Shown: piece by piece, positions 25,331 through 38,460 of the stretch | Position numbering within the stretch: the first letter of the stretch is position 1 | How the letters are laid out: each line of letters starts with the position of its first letter | NCBI GenBank assembly: GCA_013239625.1 | Contig: MU054187.1 | Coordinates: 2,365,757-2,429,756 of the forward strand | Origin: Lama guanicoe | Lineage: Eukaryota | Direction: 5' to 3' | DNA length: 64,000 nt | Translations under genes and position numbers: made by a program | Notes under the pieces: model-generated | The model's database searches: none | What the model saw: only the letters and a program-made list of their open reading frames with translations | Told to the model about the DNA's origin: nothing

Positions 25331-27799
25331 AGAAATACTAAGAAAACAAAAGCAAGACTCAGCCCAGTAGCTGCCAGACACACACAGTGGGGAGTGCTGG
25401 AGGAGCGAGGCTCTGGGCAGAATGAGCAGGTGTCCCAGAGTTGGCAGGGGACCACAGCAGCCTGTGGTCCAGAGAAGGACTGAATGTGGACGTGGCAGCG
25501 GAGGGCAGACGGGGCCCTGGGAGTAGGAGGGCTCTCCTCTGGCTTCACATCAGAGGGGAGGCAGCACCAAGGCTTGGGGTGTTGTGAGGGGACAGCGTCC
25601 TGGGCACCGGCTTCCCTGCCCCCCAGGTAACAGGGCGAGTGCCCGAGGAGGCATGGTCTCGGGCAGCTGGGCAGGAGGCGGGCAGCGGTAGCATCGCAGG
25701 CCCTGGGCCTGAGCGAGGCGCGCAGAGCCCGGTTTGCAGGGAGCCACTGGGAAAGCACGGAGCCCACACAGCCCCCCCAGCCCGTCACAAATCGGCCACT
25801 CCACGGAACAACAGCCTCCATTGTTGTTGGTGTCCTGTCTGTTGGTTTTTGTGCTCCTCCAGTGTGACACTGGTAGCTCTGGCCAGGATGATGGGGACCA
25901 ACAGAGTGCAGGCTCCTGCCCGGGTCCCCTTCTGCACGAGGCCTCCTCCAAACACCCGGGTCAGTAAACTCACACCCTCGAGGCTCGTGCACACACCAGT
26001 GGCCGCTTCTATCCCACCATTACTTGTCTATTGCAATTTAAGAAGCTATGAGAGACAGCATCTAGATGTTAAAAACTTTGTCTTTTTTTTTCACTCTTAT
26101 TACAGAAAATGTCAGAGAGACATAAAAACAAAGGAAAACAGCATGTTAAAATCCTGTCTACCTGTTACCCAGCTCCCACAGTCATCAATGCCAGATCATG
26201 TCTAAGTTCATTCATTAAACAAATATTGACTGAATGCACATCCTGGCCTGACACTGCCTTAGGTTTTTAGGACACGGCTGTGAATCAGGCAAAGTCCTGG
26301 AAACACACTGGGCTGCAGTCTCTCGGGGACACTGACTGTCACAGTGCAGGGCAGGAAGCGCTGTGGCACAGAGAGCAAGGAGGCAGCAGACCCAGCCTAG
26401 GCAGGGTCCCCAAGGAAGCAGCACCCAGGCTGGGGCTCCAAGTGGGAGCTGCCCGGGGAGGGACCAGGAGGAGCCCACTGGAAAAGGGTGCGATTCCGGC
26501 AGAGGCAGCCGGTGCGGATTTTTTCTCTTCTTCACTCACTGATTGCTGTACTTTCATTTTGAAAATGTTTAAACTTACAGAAAATTTGAAACCGTCAGAC
26601 AATGAACAACACCCTTCACCTAGATCCCAGTCTTGTGGCAGACGTTGTGAAACTTCACCACGGAGGGAGCAGTTTCTACAAAGAGCAGGACTGAGGACCA
26701 ACAAGGAGATGGCAGGAGTTAAAGGAACCTTAACATGACTGGGGCTTGGAGTGGAAAAGAACAGTGAGTGAGAAAGAAAGTTGGGAGAGTCAACCGAGTG
26801 TAGATCAACAAATCACGAAAGGTCTTTTATGCCACATGAAATCCTGTAGAGACACGAGGACCCACTGAATGGTTAGAAAGTCACACGGTCACACTTGCCT
26901 TTTCCACACTCCTGCAGGGTGGGGAGCAGGTTAGAGAGGACACAGGCTGTGTAGACGCCAAGGAGGCACCTGTTTGGGAGTTGCTGTGATTTAATTAACG
27001 AGCCAAGCAGTCCGGTGGGGATGCTGAAGAAGGCTCGCCCGGGGAGGCCGGGGCTCGAGCTCTCTCTGTGGATTCTGCTCTGCGTCTCCACTTTAAGGCA
27101 GGGCCAAGGTTTGGGGTTGGGATTGGTGTATGTGTGTGTGTTCATGTGTGTTTGGAGTGGGTTCCCAAGAGGGCCGTGGAGAATGATTACTACCAAAACA
27201 CAGAGCGTGGAAGCACATACTACACAGTCAGTCTGCATCCAGCCAGTCACCAGCCTCCATTCCCCCACACACCCAAGGTAAACGCTCTGCACTCTTACCA
27301 GCTTCTTTGCATTCTATAGAGGTGGCTTATGTGTACGTAAATATGTGCGTGTGCGCGCGCACACACACACACACACCCCCACCTCAATCCTTCTACTAAA
27401 GATCAAAGAGGAAATCAGGAAGTCCAGCTTTGCTTGAATTCCTTCAAACTTGCTCTGTTATTTTTCTAGATACGAGTCTTTGGTGAGGTCATTTCATTTT
27501 TCTGAGTCTCAGCACAGCTGTCCGTGACCTGGAGCTGAGACCTGCTCGTAGGGTTGCTGTAAGGAATGAACAACACAGCATGCAAGCAAGGTCTGGATCG
27601 TAACAGACAATGTCCCTTTTGTCTTGTTCTCCTTCTGCTGCTCTGACTACTCTTTTTTAACCTCTTTTGCAAGTTCCTCTCCCTTGATTGACTTTGAAAT
27701 ATTGGAAATTCCCTGGGTTTTCAGCCCGGCCCCTTTTCTCACTCAACGCCTCCTCCCGGGCTAGCCTTGGCCACGTCGGTGGCTCTGAGACAGCTGACG

Positions 27800-29030
27800 G
27801 GTGATGGCTCGCTCTCTGTCCTGCAGGCCACACGTGAATGCACGGGTACAAATGTTCTCTCACCATCTACAGTGAAATGTCTCACAGGCACTTCCAAATA
27901 ACCAGTATGTCTTTACGTCCCCAAACTCTTCTGTGACACTAAAGCTGTACCATCTTCCAACCAGTTTTAAACTAGAAATTCAGAGGCATAACCCTTGACC
28001 TTGCTCTTGTCTCCACTTCCCACCCCTAATCAGTCTTCAAGTTTTGTCCACACCATTCAGAGTTCTCTCTTGATCTGTCTGTTTTGTTATCTCCATCCCT
28101 TGTAGCACTTTTCTAGATCAAGTTGCTATCATCTCCCCCCAGATTACTGCAGCACCCTCTTCTCTGGTCATGTCTGCCTCTGACACCAGAAGTCAGAAAC
28201 CTTAAAACACCAACCTGATCGTGTTAACTCCCTGATTAAATTTTGTCGGTGCTTGCTATTTCAAACTCCTTAAGTGGATTCAATCTTGTTCTCTCTTCCA
28301 TCTCTTTCTAGGGATCATCCCCAATTCCAATAGCTTTAAATACCATTTTATGTTAATGATTCCTAAATTTACATCTCCTAGACTCCCACTGAGACCTCTA
28401 CCCTGGGCTTCGGGCTCCTTAGCAACAGCCTATTTGACGTCTCCATTTGAGTAACTCGTAGGCATCTAAAACAAGTGTTTACCATGATTCTCGATTCCGC
28501 CCCCACCCCCCCGTGCCTTCCTCATTTCAGCAAGCCACCCACAAGGCAGGAAACTTAGGAATTATCCTTGATGCCCTTTTCCTCAGCCCACACATTCCAG
28601 TCCACCCGAAGTCCATTAATCCTCTCCCAAACGTATCTCACATCCGCCCACTTCTATTTTGTTCCCATTGCCTGTCCAAGTCATCATCCTCTCTCACCTG
28701 GACCAGTGCAAAGCCTCCTGTTTCACTGCTCCCACGCCTGCCGCCTTCCAACTCTCTCCCATACAAAGCAGTCAAAGGGTCTTTAAAAAATATCAATCAG
28801 ATGATATCACTCTCTTGCTTAAAACCTGTCAGTGATTCCCACTGCCTTTACAATAAAATCCAAAGTCCTTCCTGTGACTCACTTGCCCTATTCCGTCTAC
28901 CTGGACACGACGTCCTTCAACACACAAGGGTAGGTCATTTTCTTCCCCACTCACCTTAAATCCAGAGCATCTAGGACATCACCTGGTACTTAAGAGACAG
29001 GTAGTAAATGTTTGTTGACAGAATGAATAA
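27800..29030 (+). mobile_element. L2 relics (approximate bounds)
   Basis: ctttaaataccatttta...tttacatctcc and the 3' end aaatgtttgttgacagaatgaat are L2-like. Confidence 0.65.
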
Positions 29031-29309
29031 GCGAGTGGTTCACAAGATCCCTTGGTCTGAGCCCTGCGTCCGCTCTTCCCTGTCCACTTTCCCAAATCAC
29101 AATCCCGGTTCCGCTAAGTTCCAGGAGCAGAGAGTGGCAGTGTCTATCCTGCACACACTCTTAGTTGGCGGCAGCACAAACCAAAGTGAGAGAACCCCAA
29201 GAGGCAGAATCAAGAGTGACTAACTCAGCTGGCCTCCTACTGGGGCAGTGTGGGGGGACTCTCTCAGGCTTCTCTTAGCTCACACCTTGAAGAGTTTTGA
29301 GTGTCTTTT

Positions 29310-29850
29310 TTTAATTATTGTAAACCATAAATAGCATGAAATTTACCACTCTGGCCATTTTAAGTGTGCAATTCAGCAGCGTTAACGACATTCACAATGT
29401 TGTGGAACCACTGCTACTGTCTATTTCCAGCAGCCCAAACACTGTGCTTCCATTAAACAGTAACTCCCCATCACCCTCTCCAGCAGCCCCTGTAACCTCT
29501 GTTCTGCTTCCTCTCTGTATGTTTGCCTATTTGGGGTATCTCACGTCAATGGCCTCATTCAGTATTTGTCCTTTTGTGTCCAGTTTCTTTCACTGAGCAC
29601 CCTGTTCTCAAGGCTCATCCGTGCTGTAGCACGTGTCAGAATTCCATTTCTTTTTATGGCTGAATAATACTTGAACTTGGTTTTTTCCCCCTTTTTTTCT
29701 TTCTTTCTTTTCTTCTTTTTTTTTTTTGGAGGAGGAAGGTAATTAGGTTTCTATTTATTTATTTATTATTTAATGGAGGTGCTGGGGATTGAACCCAAGA
29801 CCTTGTGCATGCTAGGCACTCACTCTACCACTGAGCTATACCCTCCCCTT
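29310..29850 (-). mobile_element. L1MB-like 3' end followed by a Vic-1-like SINE (29690-29850)
   Basis: aaatttaccactctggccattttaagtgtgcaattcag; SINE head reversed, ending at ...gagctataccctcccc. Confidence 0.8.
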
Positions 29851-30302
29851 CGAGTTTGCTTTCTAATTAATTCATCCAACAAATATTCACTGAGAACTTA
29901 GTAAAAGGCCAAGAACTGTTCGAGGCACTACTAATATAGCAAAGAACACAAGAGAACACAACGAAGAAACAAATGAATACATGTGTCGGACAGTAACAGG
30001 TGCTATGGAAGGCCAATATTGCAGGAGTAACTGCACAGGAAGAGGAGGTCTTAGAGGCAGGGTGGGACCATTCACCTAGTGCCTTGAGAGCGGTGCAAGG
30101 ACTTTGGATTTTACTCTGAAAAGAGCAGCCAATGGAAAGTTTGGATTTGCAGAGTGACATAATCTGCCCTACATTTTAAAGGATAATTCTGGGTTCAGTA
30201 TTGAGACTAGACTATGAGAGAAAATGAGGCAAATGAAGTAAAAATACCAGTTAGGGGCTATTCCAATAGTCCAGGTGAAAGGTGACAAGAACTGTACCAG
30301 AG

Positions 30303-30375
30303 TGTATTAGTCAAGGTTCTCCAAAGAATTAGAACCAATAGGCTATATATGTGATAGGTAGGTAGGTAGATAGAT

Positions 30376-30418
<43 letters not shown>

Positions 30419-30927
30419 GAGAGAGGTAGGGGAGGGAGAGACAGATTTTAAAGAATTGACTCATGTGATTGTTGGCAAGTCTGAAATCTTTAGGGCAAGC
30501 CAGCCCTGCAGACTGGAAATTCAGGGAAGAGTTGATGCTTCAGTCTTGTTCTGAAATCCACAGGGCAGCCCAAGCAGGCTGGAAACTCAGTCTTGTAGCC
30601 AAATTCCTTCTGAGGGAAATTCTGTTCCATGCCTCTTCCTACATGCTGGGGGTTTACTGGTGGTCTTTTGGGTTCCTTTGCCTGTAGATGCATCACCTTC
30701 ATCTCTGCCTTCATGTTCACATGGCGTTCTCCCCGTGGACATGTCTGTGTCCAAACTTTCCCCTTTCATAAGGACACCAGTCATACTGGAGGGGCTCATC
30801 CTCCTCCAGCAAAACCTCACTGAATTACATCTGCAACAACCCTGTTTCCAAATAAGGAGATGTTCTGGCATATTGGCAGTTAGGACTTCAGCATACAGTT
30901 TGGGGAGACCCAATTCAGACTATAACA
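30303..30927 (-). mobile_element. Composite MLT2-like/MLT1-like LTR containing a (GATA)n microsatellite, inserted in an L2
   Basis: TG...CA ends with 5-bp TSD CAGAG at 30298-30302 and 30928-30932. Confidence 0.7.
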
Positions 30928-31037
30928 CAGAGTAACAGTTGTGTTATGAGGCTATGAGAAGCAGTTGGATTTGACTGAAGAGCATGAAAGAGAAAAGTCA
31001 AGGAGATGCCAGCATTTGACGAATTAAAAAAATCAGT

Positions 31038-31118
31038 GGGGAGGGTATAGCTCAGTGGTAGAGCACATGTTTAGCATGCATGAGGTCCTGGGTTCAATCC
31101 CCAGTACCTCCATTAAAA

Positions 31119-31157
<39 letters not shown>

Positions 31158-31210
31158 AGACTTAATTACCTCCCCCAAAAAATTAGAAAAGAAAAAAGTA
31201 AAAAAAAATT
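31038..31210 (+). mobile_element. Young Vic-1-like tRNA-derived SINE with (TAAA)n
   Basis: ggggagggtatagctcagtggtagagcac...gggttcaatccccagtacctcc, intact A and B boxes. Further minus-strand copies at ~50880-50995, ~53400-53530 and ~59400-59575. Confidence 0.9.
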
Positions 31211-32899
31211 TTAATCAAGTTTACTGAGATGGTGAAGACTTCAGGAAGAGAAAGTTTGGAGGAGGAAATCAAGAGTTCACTTTAGGATATATTCAAAGAA
31301 ATATATGGATATATTCAAATAAAGACCCATATCCTATCTGAAGCTCCTCACTTGATTTGCAAAACTGGCAGGGAGGCGGAAGGCCCAACTGCTTCTGCAA
31401 GAACAAAGCTGACAGAGTCTGGGAGCCTGAGAGTGTTTCTCTTCCCCAGGCAAACACGTCTCCCAGGCAGCCCTTATTTCTGGTCCCCTCCACTTCTGTT
31501 CATAGCCCGCCTTCCTCAGCCATTGCTCCAGCATTCAGCACCTCCTTATGACACCTCCAAATAGGTCCCAGGCACAAGTCCACTTACAAAGTTATTCAAA
31601 GAAAGGATGAAGTCAGAACTAGCTATGAGCTGCAGAGGTATTCATTGTAACAAACTGTACTTTTGCAAGGAACATTGAGATTTTAAGTGAACCTTGACAG
31701 AAACATGTTTAACAGTTTGGTTGGCCTCAAATTAAGAGTAACCCGTGACTCTGGAATCTACGGTCTATCTGTCTCATTTATGGTCGCTTCCCAATCTGCA
31801 TGATTTATAGTCAGCACAAGCAAAGATGTGCCTTCATAGTTTTCAGTCACTCTCTATTAGATTCTTAGGGCCAAGTGGAAAAATGACTTCTCCAAATAAC
31901 AGAAAATTAAAATGTATAATACAACTAAATCACAGCAAAACAGAGTTCTTAAAAATAAAGTTCAGGAAAATAGGTCATCTCTTAAAAGTAAATCTAACTT
32001 TAAATTCCATCCTAACTGTAATTTTAATTCTAAAGGCTCTCAGAAAGTTTTGGTCCAAAAGTAGGCTAATTCTGCCATGGGTGTTTCCTTTATGAAATGG
32101 TACTATTTCAGGGTGAATGAAAATTTTCAATTTGCTTTTTAAAGGGGTGAGACTGTTTATACTGAGTAAGGCTGTGGTGATGTTCTCCTCTGCGAGGTTC
32201 AGTAACCAGCGTGATTCATTAGGGAAGTGGATACGCAGAACAAGATGCTCCCTAAGTCTTCTGGATCCCTAAGGAGCAGTGCTTTCAGGAATCCAGATTC
32301 CAAGATGATTCCATTTGGTGGCGCATGTTTTGAACCCCTCAGACTGCCATCTAGAAGCTGGCCTAAAAGGAAGACAGGACTGTCTGGAAGATCAGCACCA
32401 TTAGCAGCGGAAGGTCTCTCCTCAGATAACTTTTCTCGGGTCGGATTTTGTGGCTACACTGATACCCCGGACTCTGTCCTTGCCGGGACGACCCAAGGAA
32501 GTGGACGGATGTCAGCATCCTGCAGCTGTCACGCTTCACACCTCCGCTAGTTGGAGAAGCCGTGGGTCCCTCGGCAGATGGGAGCCAAAACTGAGGAGGA
32601 AAAAGACCACGCCAGGAAAGAGGGAAGAGGGAGTGTCTCAGGAGAAGCACAGGAGCCGGGCTTCGCGTTTCTGGGGCAGAGTGCAGGGCTTTTCTTCTGC
32701 CTGAACGTTTCCGCTGCTTCCCTGACAAGCGGCTCTGTCTGGAAGCACAGGACCGGAGCGGAATGCCTAATGAAGCGTGCGGAGAAAGGGGCGCCCAGTG
32801 ACTTGGTAAGAAGGGCCGGGGCGGGAGGAGAAGAGGAGCGTCAGGTTACAGGTTCACGCCTTATCAAAAAAACATTTGAAAATCCGAGCTGGAGACGCA

Positions 32900-33900
32900 A
32901 ATTCTGGGGCCCATGGAAGGCCAGTGGAGCGACCTCTGGCCCCGGCAGCCGGAGTGCATCGCAGAGGCGTCTGCGGCTCGCTTTCTGCGTTCTGCGCTTT
33001 GTTCCAGCTCTGGCCTGAAGCCGTTCGGGAAGGCGGGGAGTGGGCTGGCCAAGCTCCGACTCTCCGGGGACCGGCCGGTTTTCTCTTGACTTCCTTAGCA
33101 TAGGGTCCTTCCGGCCCGGTGCCCGCGTCCGCTAAGGTGCCTGCGGCCACTGGCATCGCGCGGGAGCAGAGGCTGCGGCTGGCCCGCGCACCCCTGTGCG
33201 CACCGGTTTAGCGGCGACCCTCGCAGGACCAGTCGCGCCGCTGAGGCCGAGCCCCCACTCCATCCCCGGCCCAGGGGCTCGTCCCCTACCGCCCTCCCTG
33301 CGAGACCGACGCTGGGCACCAGGACCGGCTCTGAGCATCTTCAGAGTTGCTCATCTCCCCCTTCGAGTGAGCTGTTGGAGCTTCTCCAGAAGCCTCCCGG
33401 GTTTCCAGCTCCAACCCCTAAAACAAACGCCTTTCCAGAAAGCGAGGGAAGGAAGAGAGCATCTGCACGCAGAAAATGAAAATACTAGAACAACCCCGTT
33501 CTCTAGGAAAAGGTAATGAGGGGAAGAGAAACTGTGTGAACTTACTCGGAAATGCAAACCAAGCTCCACTCTCGCCGGGCGCATACAAACGACCGGAGGA
33601 CGAATCGGCCAACGCGCTCGGCGACTTCCCAGAAAGGGCCTCATGAATGAAAATGGGTTGCTAGGCTCCTCGCTTCCTCCCAACACCCGCTTCCCACAAG
33701 ATTTCCACCGCCGAAAGTAAGCAGGCCGGGCCTGGCAACTGCAGAGCCGGGGAACCGCGCCAAGCCCGTAAGGCCGCCCGCGGCCGTCTCCCGCCTTCAG
33801 GACCCTGGAGAGCGGCCGCTGCGCCCTTGGGACCCGCGGCCGCTGCGCGCCTCGCCCCCTCCCGCGCCTCACCGCCTTGTCACTTGCATTCGCTGCTGCC
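32900..33900. promoter_or_regulatory. CpG island in RGS20 intron 1
   Basis: High CpG and GC density; no coding exon recognised. Confidence 0.65.
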
Positions 33901-34719
33901 CGCCTCCACCTTCACTTTTCTTGGCAACCTCCACTCTTGTTTTTCACAGATTAAACCGTCTTTTTGTTTTGCTCGAGGGGGCCGTTGGTTGGCTGTGTTA
34001 GGTTCCGGTTTGTAATTTCACTACATATTAGGTTGACCGAGAAACCTTGAGAGTTCCAAAACGAGAGCCCGAACAAGGCAGGTGACCTTAAAAGCCACTG
34101 AGTTCAGTCCCTTGACTCCGTAAATGAATCAAATAAACTCAAAGGATAAAGAGAATTTCCCAAGGTAGGCTGTCAAATTCGTTGCCAGGCTGAGTCCAGA
34201 GCCCTGAGCCTCTGACTTCTAAATTAATGCTTCCCTGTACTTCCCAAGAAAATAGTAATTTTGTCTTCACCAAGGCCGCTTAGATCCCCTAAGCAACAAG
34301 TGGAGGGTGGAAAGGCCTGTGTTCAGAGAAATAGATGGACACATGGAATGCAGAAAGGGGGACCACAGAGTGTGCACTTAAGTCCTTCCTGGTCTCCCCT
34401 GCATCCAGCACAACAAAAGTCAAACCACCAGTCCCTTTTCCACCAGTCCGAGGATCCCACAGCCTTCTGCCAGTGTCCAAGCGTCCCCCGGACACCTGTC
34501 ACAAGGACACAGTAACCATGTCCAGCTGTGCCTTTGGTGGTAGAGCTCTAGGCACTTTGGAAGGTGGGAAAGGACAGGCGGAAAGAGGCAGGCCGAGAGG
34601 AGGAAGAGGCAAAGCAAAGTGTCCCAGAAGTAAACTAGATTTTCATCCAAATTCTCAAGAACCAAGACAGGTGACACAGGCGCTCCTTTACACCACACCT
34701 CACATTTTAACATGCCAAA

Positions 34720-34850
34720 GAATTCCCTGAGAATGTTAGCATTCCGATTCTGATGCTGTAGGTCACGAGAGGGTCTGAGACTCTGCGCCTCTAACAGGCT
34801 CCTGGGTTTTACCCACGCCCCTGGTCCAAGGACTACACTTTGAGTAGCAC
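34720..34850. mobile_element. MER5A-like hAT DNA transposon
   Basis: gattctga...tctaacaggctcctggg...ctggtccaaggactacactttgagtagca. Confidence 0.7.
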
Positions 34851-35112
34851 AGAGTTAGAGGGGGTGAGGGAAGAAAGGGAGGAAGGGGGAGAGGGAGGAA
34901 AGAGAGAAGAGGGGAGAACCAGAGCAAAGGCCTTTCCTTTAGCTCTCACTGACCTTCTTCTGCAGTCCCAAAGTAATGCTTCAAAACGCCGCAGTGAATG
35001 GCCCTCGAGACCCCTTTTCTTCAGCCTGTAGCCGGATCCAACAGTGACGGTGTGCTGGTTTTGTCTCTCTCCTCCCCTGCCTCTCGCCTTTCCCGCCGTC
35101 GGCCCTGCACAG

Positions 35113-35412
35113 CTCCCAGGATCGCCCGCTGCCCCGAAGCTGCTCAGCCTCCTTTCTGGCACGCTCTCCGGCTTCGCGCGCTTCTTCTCGCACCTTCTCC
35201 AGCCACCCCCTCCTGAAGCTCCCCAGTGGCGCCGGGACTTCTCCCTCCTGCTTCCCGCCCTGCCAGGCGCTGGGCTCTCGCGGGAGCACGAGGAGCGGCG
35301 GGGCCGCCTCTCGCTCCTGCTCAGGGCAGCTCTGGCCCTGCCCGGCCGACCCCCTGGGGGACGCCTGCCCCGGCAAGAGGACGCCAGCGCTGCGCAGAGT
35401 TGGCCCATGCCC
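35113..35412 (+). CDS. RGS20: RGS20 long-isoform exon 2 (LPGSPAAPKLL...AQSWPMP)
   Basis: Long pyrimidine tract, first AG at 35111-35112, donor CCC|gtgagt, 300 nt, phase 0-0. The ARFFSHLL and GRLSLLL..ALALPGRP segments match RGS20. Confidence 0.88.
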
Positions 35413-36705
35413 GTGAGTACTGTGGTCTCCACCACGTCCCATCTCCGGCCTCCCCCGGCCTCCAGCACCCGGGGCTCCTCCCTTCTCCACGCGGGGCCAG
35501 TAGGGGCTCCAGCCGGCAAGGGGCGCGGTGGGGGCGGAGGGGCGGACAGGAAGGTGGAGACTGAGCTGAGCACGTTCAAGGAGACGGAGGCCCGCCTGAC
35601 ACCCCCTCCCCCCAGGAGACCCCTGAAGCTACTTTTCCCAGGCCACTTCCTTCCAGGGTCAGTGGAAGAGGGAGGGCGCCCCCGCCCTCCCTCAGGCTGC
35701 TTCTCGAACTCTCGCTCGCTACACATGGCTCTCCTCCCCCTTCTCCAAGCCTCCCCGGGACGAGCCTCCACCCCCTCCTCGCGCTCCCACTCCCCAGCCC
35801 TCAGACACTGCGGGCTTGGGAGGTCGGGGAGGAAATGACGTGATGTTATTTTAGTGTCAGGTCAGTTTCCAGCCTCAGTTTAGCCCCTGGAGCTCAGGCG
35901 CAAGACCCCTGCGGTCTGACTGCGTTTGGCTCCCGCGGGCACACCGTGGCCATAGGGACACGCGGCAGAGCTGGGCGGCGGGTCTTCCCCTTGCCCCCAC
36001 TCCGGGGTCGGGAGTTAGCCACTTCTGCCACCCAGCCCGGAGGGACTTCGGCTCAGGCTGGCCAGGAGAGGGCGAGAAGCCCCTTTCTAGAGCGGGGCCC
36101 CGGAGGCGGAGGCTGCAGCCGGGTGGGCGGGGCAGAGCTGGGAGAAGCACCCTGCGGAAAGGGAGAAGAGGGGATCTGCCCTCCAGAGGCGGACAGTTCA
36201 GGGCCAGACTCGCCGGGAACCAGCACACTGCGCGCGGCGCACCCCCGCACACACACCGGCCCCTCCCTCCGCCCGCTTCATTCACCAGGTCCCAGCACGC
36301 TTCCCCGCCCGCTAGAGTCTCGCTCGGCCCCCACGCGCCCTAGCAAAGGGACAGCAGAGGGGGCTCTGCGGCGCCCGCACTATCGTACTTCCCAACCTGA
36401 GCTGGAAAAGGGGAGTACTGCCCCGGCGTGGACTGGGTCCTGCGCGAGGCCTCCGGCGACACCCCCCCAGCCCCCGCCGCAGAGGAGCGCGCCGCCGCGG
36501 GAGGGAGGGGAGCCCCTGGGATCGCCCAGCCGGGGAGGGGGGAGTGAGGGGCGGGGAGAGGCAGAGCGGAGGGAGGGAGACGGGGAGAGAAGAGGGCGAC
36601 AGGAAAGACCAGAGTCAGAGGAAGGGGGAAGCCAGAGAGAGTGATCGCGGGCGTAGTAAGGGCAGCGCTGAGTATTAGAACAAAAATCGGGCCCTCGCGG
36701 GACGC

Positions 36706-36774
36706 ATGCGCACGGCTCACGGAGGCGAGCGGGCCGCAGCTCCCCCTCGGGCTCGCCGGCTGGGCTGTGGAACC
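36706..36774 (+). CDS. RGS20: RGS20 alternative first coding exon, RGSZ1 type (MRTAHGGERAAAPPRARRLGCGT)
   Basis: ATG at 36706, 23 codons, ACC|gtgagt donor, phase 0. Resembles the MRTADGGE... N-terminus of the shorter isoform. Lies in a CpG island. Confidence 0.85.
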
Positions 36775-38224
36775 GTGAGTACCCGGCTTCCTCAACGCCC
36801 CCTTCTCCCTCCCGGACTCACCCCAAGGCCTCGGGCCAGGAGGTGGTCGGGGCCGAGGGGGGCGCGCACGCTGGGCAGGACCCGGCGCTCTCGCTGTCTC
36901 CGCGGTGGCCGCCCCCTCCGCCCGTCCAGCCCCTACCGTAGTCAGTGCGTCGGGTGTGCGGGGCTTAGGGTGTGACCGCGTCTGAAGGGGGGTCCGCCCG
37001 GGCGTTCCCACGACCTTTGTGACCGGGCGTCTGCGAGCCGGTGGGCGTGCTGACACCCGGAGGGGATCTGGGAAACTCCCGGCGCCGGAGGCGGGCAGTT
37101 GAGCGCAGGTGGGAAGGAAGCGGAGACCTTCCCGGAACCGCGCAACCTCCCTTCGGGAGACGCGCCACTCCGGCGGGGACCCAGGAGCCGGGCGCGAAGC
37201 CGGCCCCCGCCACAGACCCCGGAGGGTCTGACGCGGTGTCGACACTGATGCTCCGAAAACCGGATGAGCAGAACTGTCCCCACCCCCTGCCGGCGCCAAG
37301 GAGGTTGATGCGGGCGTCGCGGGTATTTTTCTTGAAGGAACCGGCGATTGAGTGTTCCGCGCTCTGGCGGCGGCGCTCCGAAGTTGGAACGAGTCTGGCG
37401 CTCGGGCTGCGGAGACTGCAGGGGGCCGGGGGCGGCCGGGGGACCTCCGGGGCGGCGGCGCGCGGCCGCTGGCTGGAAGGGAGACAGCGCACGGGGACCG
37501 GAGTGGCTTGCGGGCCTCTGGGCCTCGCCGGCGTCCGAGGAAAGCCCGGAGGAGGGCGTCCAGCTCCCGGAGCGAGCCTGGCGGCGGACGCGGCGGTGGA
37601 GGACGCTCGAGGCGGGCGAGAGGGGGCGGACAGGGCGGAGGAGTGCGCGCGTGGGCAGAACTTCTGTCCCAGAGGAGCGCGCGCTGGAAGGGAACTCTCC
37701 CCCACTTCCCCTCCTCCCGAGATCCGGCTGCGGCCGAGCGCTCTTTGTCCGCCCCCACCGGGCCGATTGGCTGGAGCGCGCCGGGTGCCCCAACCCGAAT
37801 CGGTGCCTGCGGCGCGGGCGCAACTCCTCTCGCCCCCGGGGCAGCACAAGCAGGCGCTCGCCGGCGGGGGCTCCAGTTGCCCCCGGCGTGCGGGGAGCTT
37901 CCTCACCACCTCCTGTGACCCTCCGGGGTCAGCCCCTGTCCTCTGCAGCGCCGGTCGCAGTGTCCCTGCGTAGCTTGGTTTCATTTCACTTCTGGTGGTT
38001 CCAGGTTGTGCAATTGGCTAAACAAGGGTCCGAGTTCACGAAACAGCCTGACTTACTCCCTAGACTTGGCAAAGGAGGTTTGTGATGAAAGGAGTCTATC
38101 TGCAAACTTTTTTTTCCTTCTTACAACCTAATTTTCTACTGGGCCGCATCCTGTTAACTTCTGCTCATTAAGTGGCATCTTTTGTGCATTAAGTGGCATC
38201 ACGTATCAGTAATGCTTATAAGGG

Positions 38225-38460
38225 GCAACGTTGCCTAATGGATAAGAATCCTGGACTCTGTAACTGTCTGAATTCAAATCCCAGCATAGCTGTGTGACCT
38301 CAGGCAAGTTACTTAACCTCTCGGACGGAGCCTTAGTTTTATTGTCTGTAAAGTGAGGATAAGAAAAGTACCTACATCACAGGCTGGCTGCGTGCATTCA
38401 GTAAATGAATGCAGTGGAGCTCTGACACATACCAGATGAAAGGTGGTATTACTATTTTCA
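38225..38460 (+). mobile_element. MIR SINE
   Basis: tgtgtgacctcaggcaagttacttaacctctc is the MIR core. Confidence 0.8.

Larger units (their letters stand above)
34990..37980. promoter_or_regulatory. RGS20: Large CpG island; probable RGSZ1-isoform promoter
   Basis: CpG-dense for ~3 kb, spanning exon 2 and the alternative first exon. Confidence 0.8.

Noticed and set aside
25087..26205. 301-aa and 188-aa ORFs, one with a poly-Ile hydrophobic run
   Set aside because: The poly-Ile comes from the (AAT)n microsatellite; no splice or homology support.
31038..31112. tRNA-Ala-like sequence with A and B boxes
   Set aside because: Continues into a (TAAA)n tail and a family-specific tail motif and has many dispersed copies, so it is a SINE and not a tRNA gene.
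35044..35112. Upstream extension of RGS20 exon 2 from a GTG start
   Set aside because: This is the polypyrimidine tract; the first AG is at 35111-35112 and gives the correct phase.
36340..38085. Long overlapping ORFs (472, 339, 310, 301, 245 aa) on both strands
   Set aside because: They lie in a CpG island where stops are rare, are Pro/Arg/Gly/Ala low-complexity, open in many frames at once, and show no recognisable domain.
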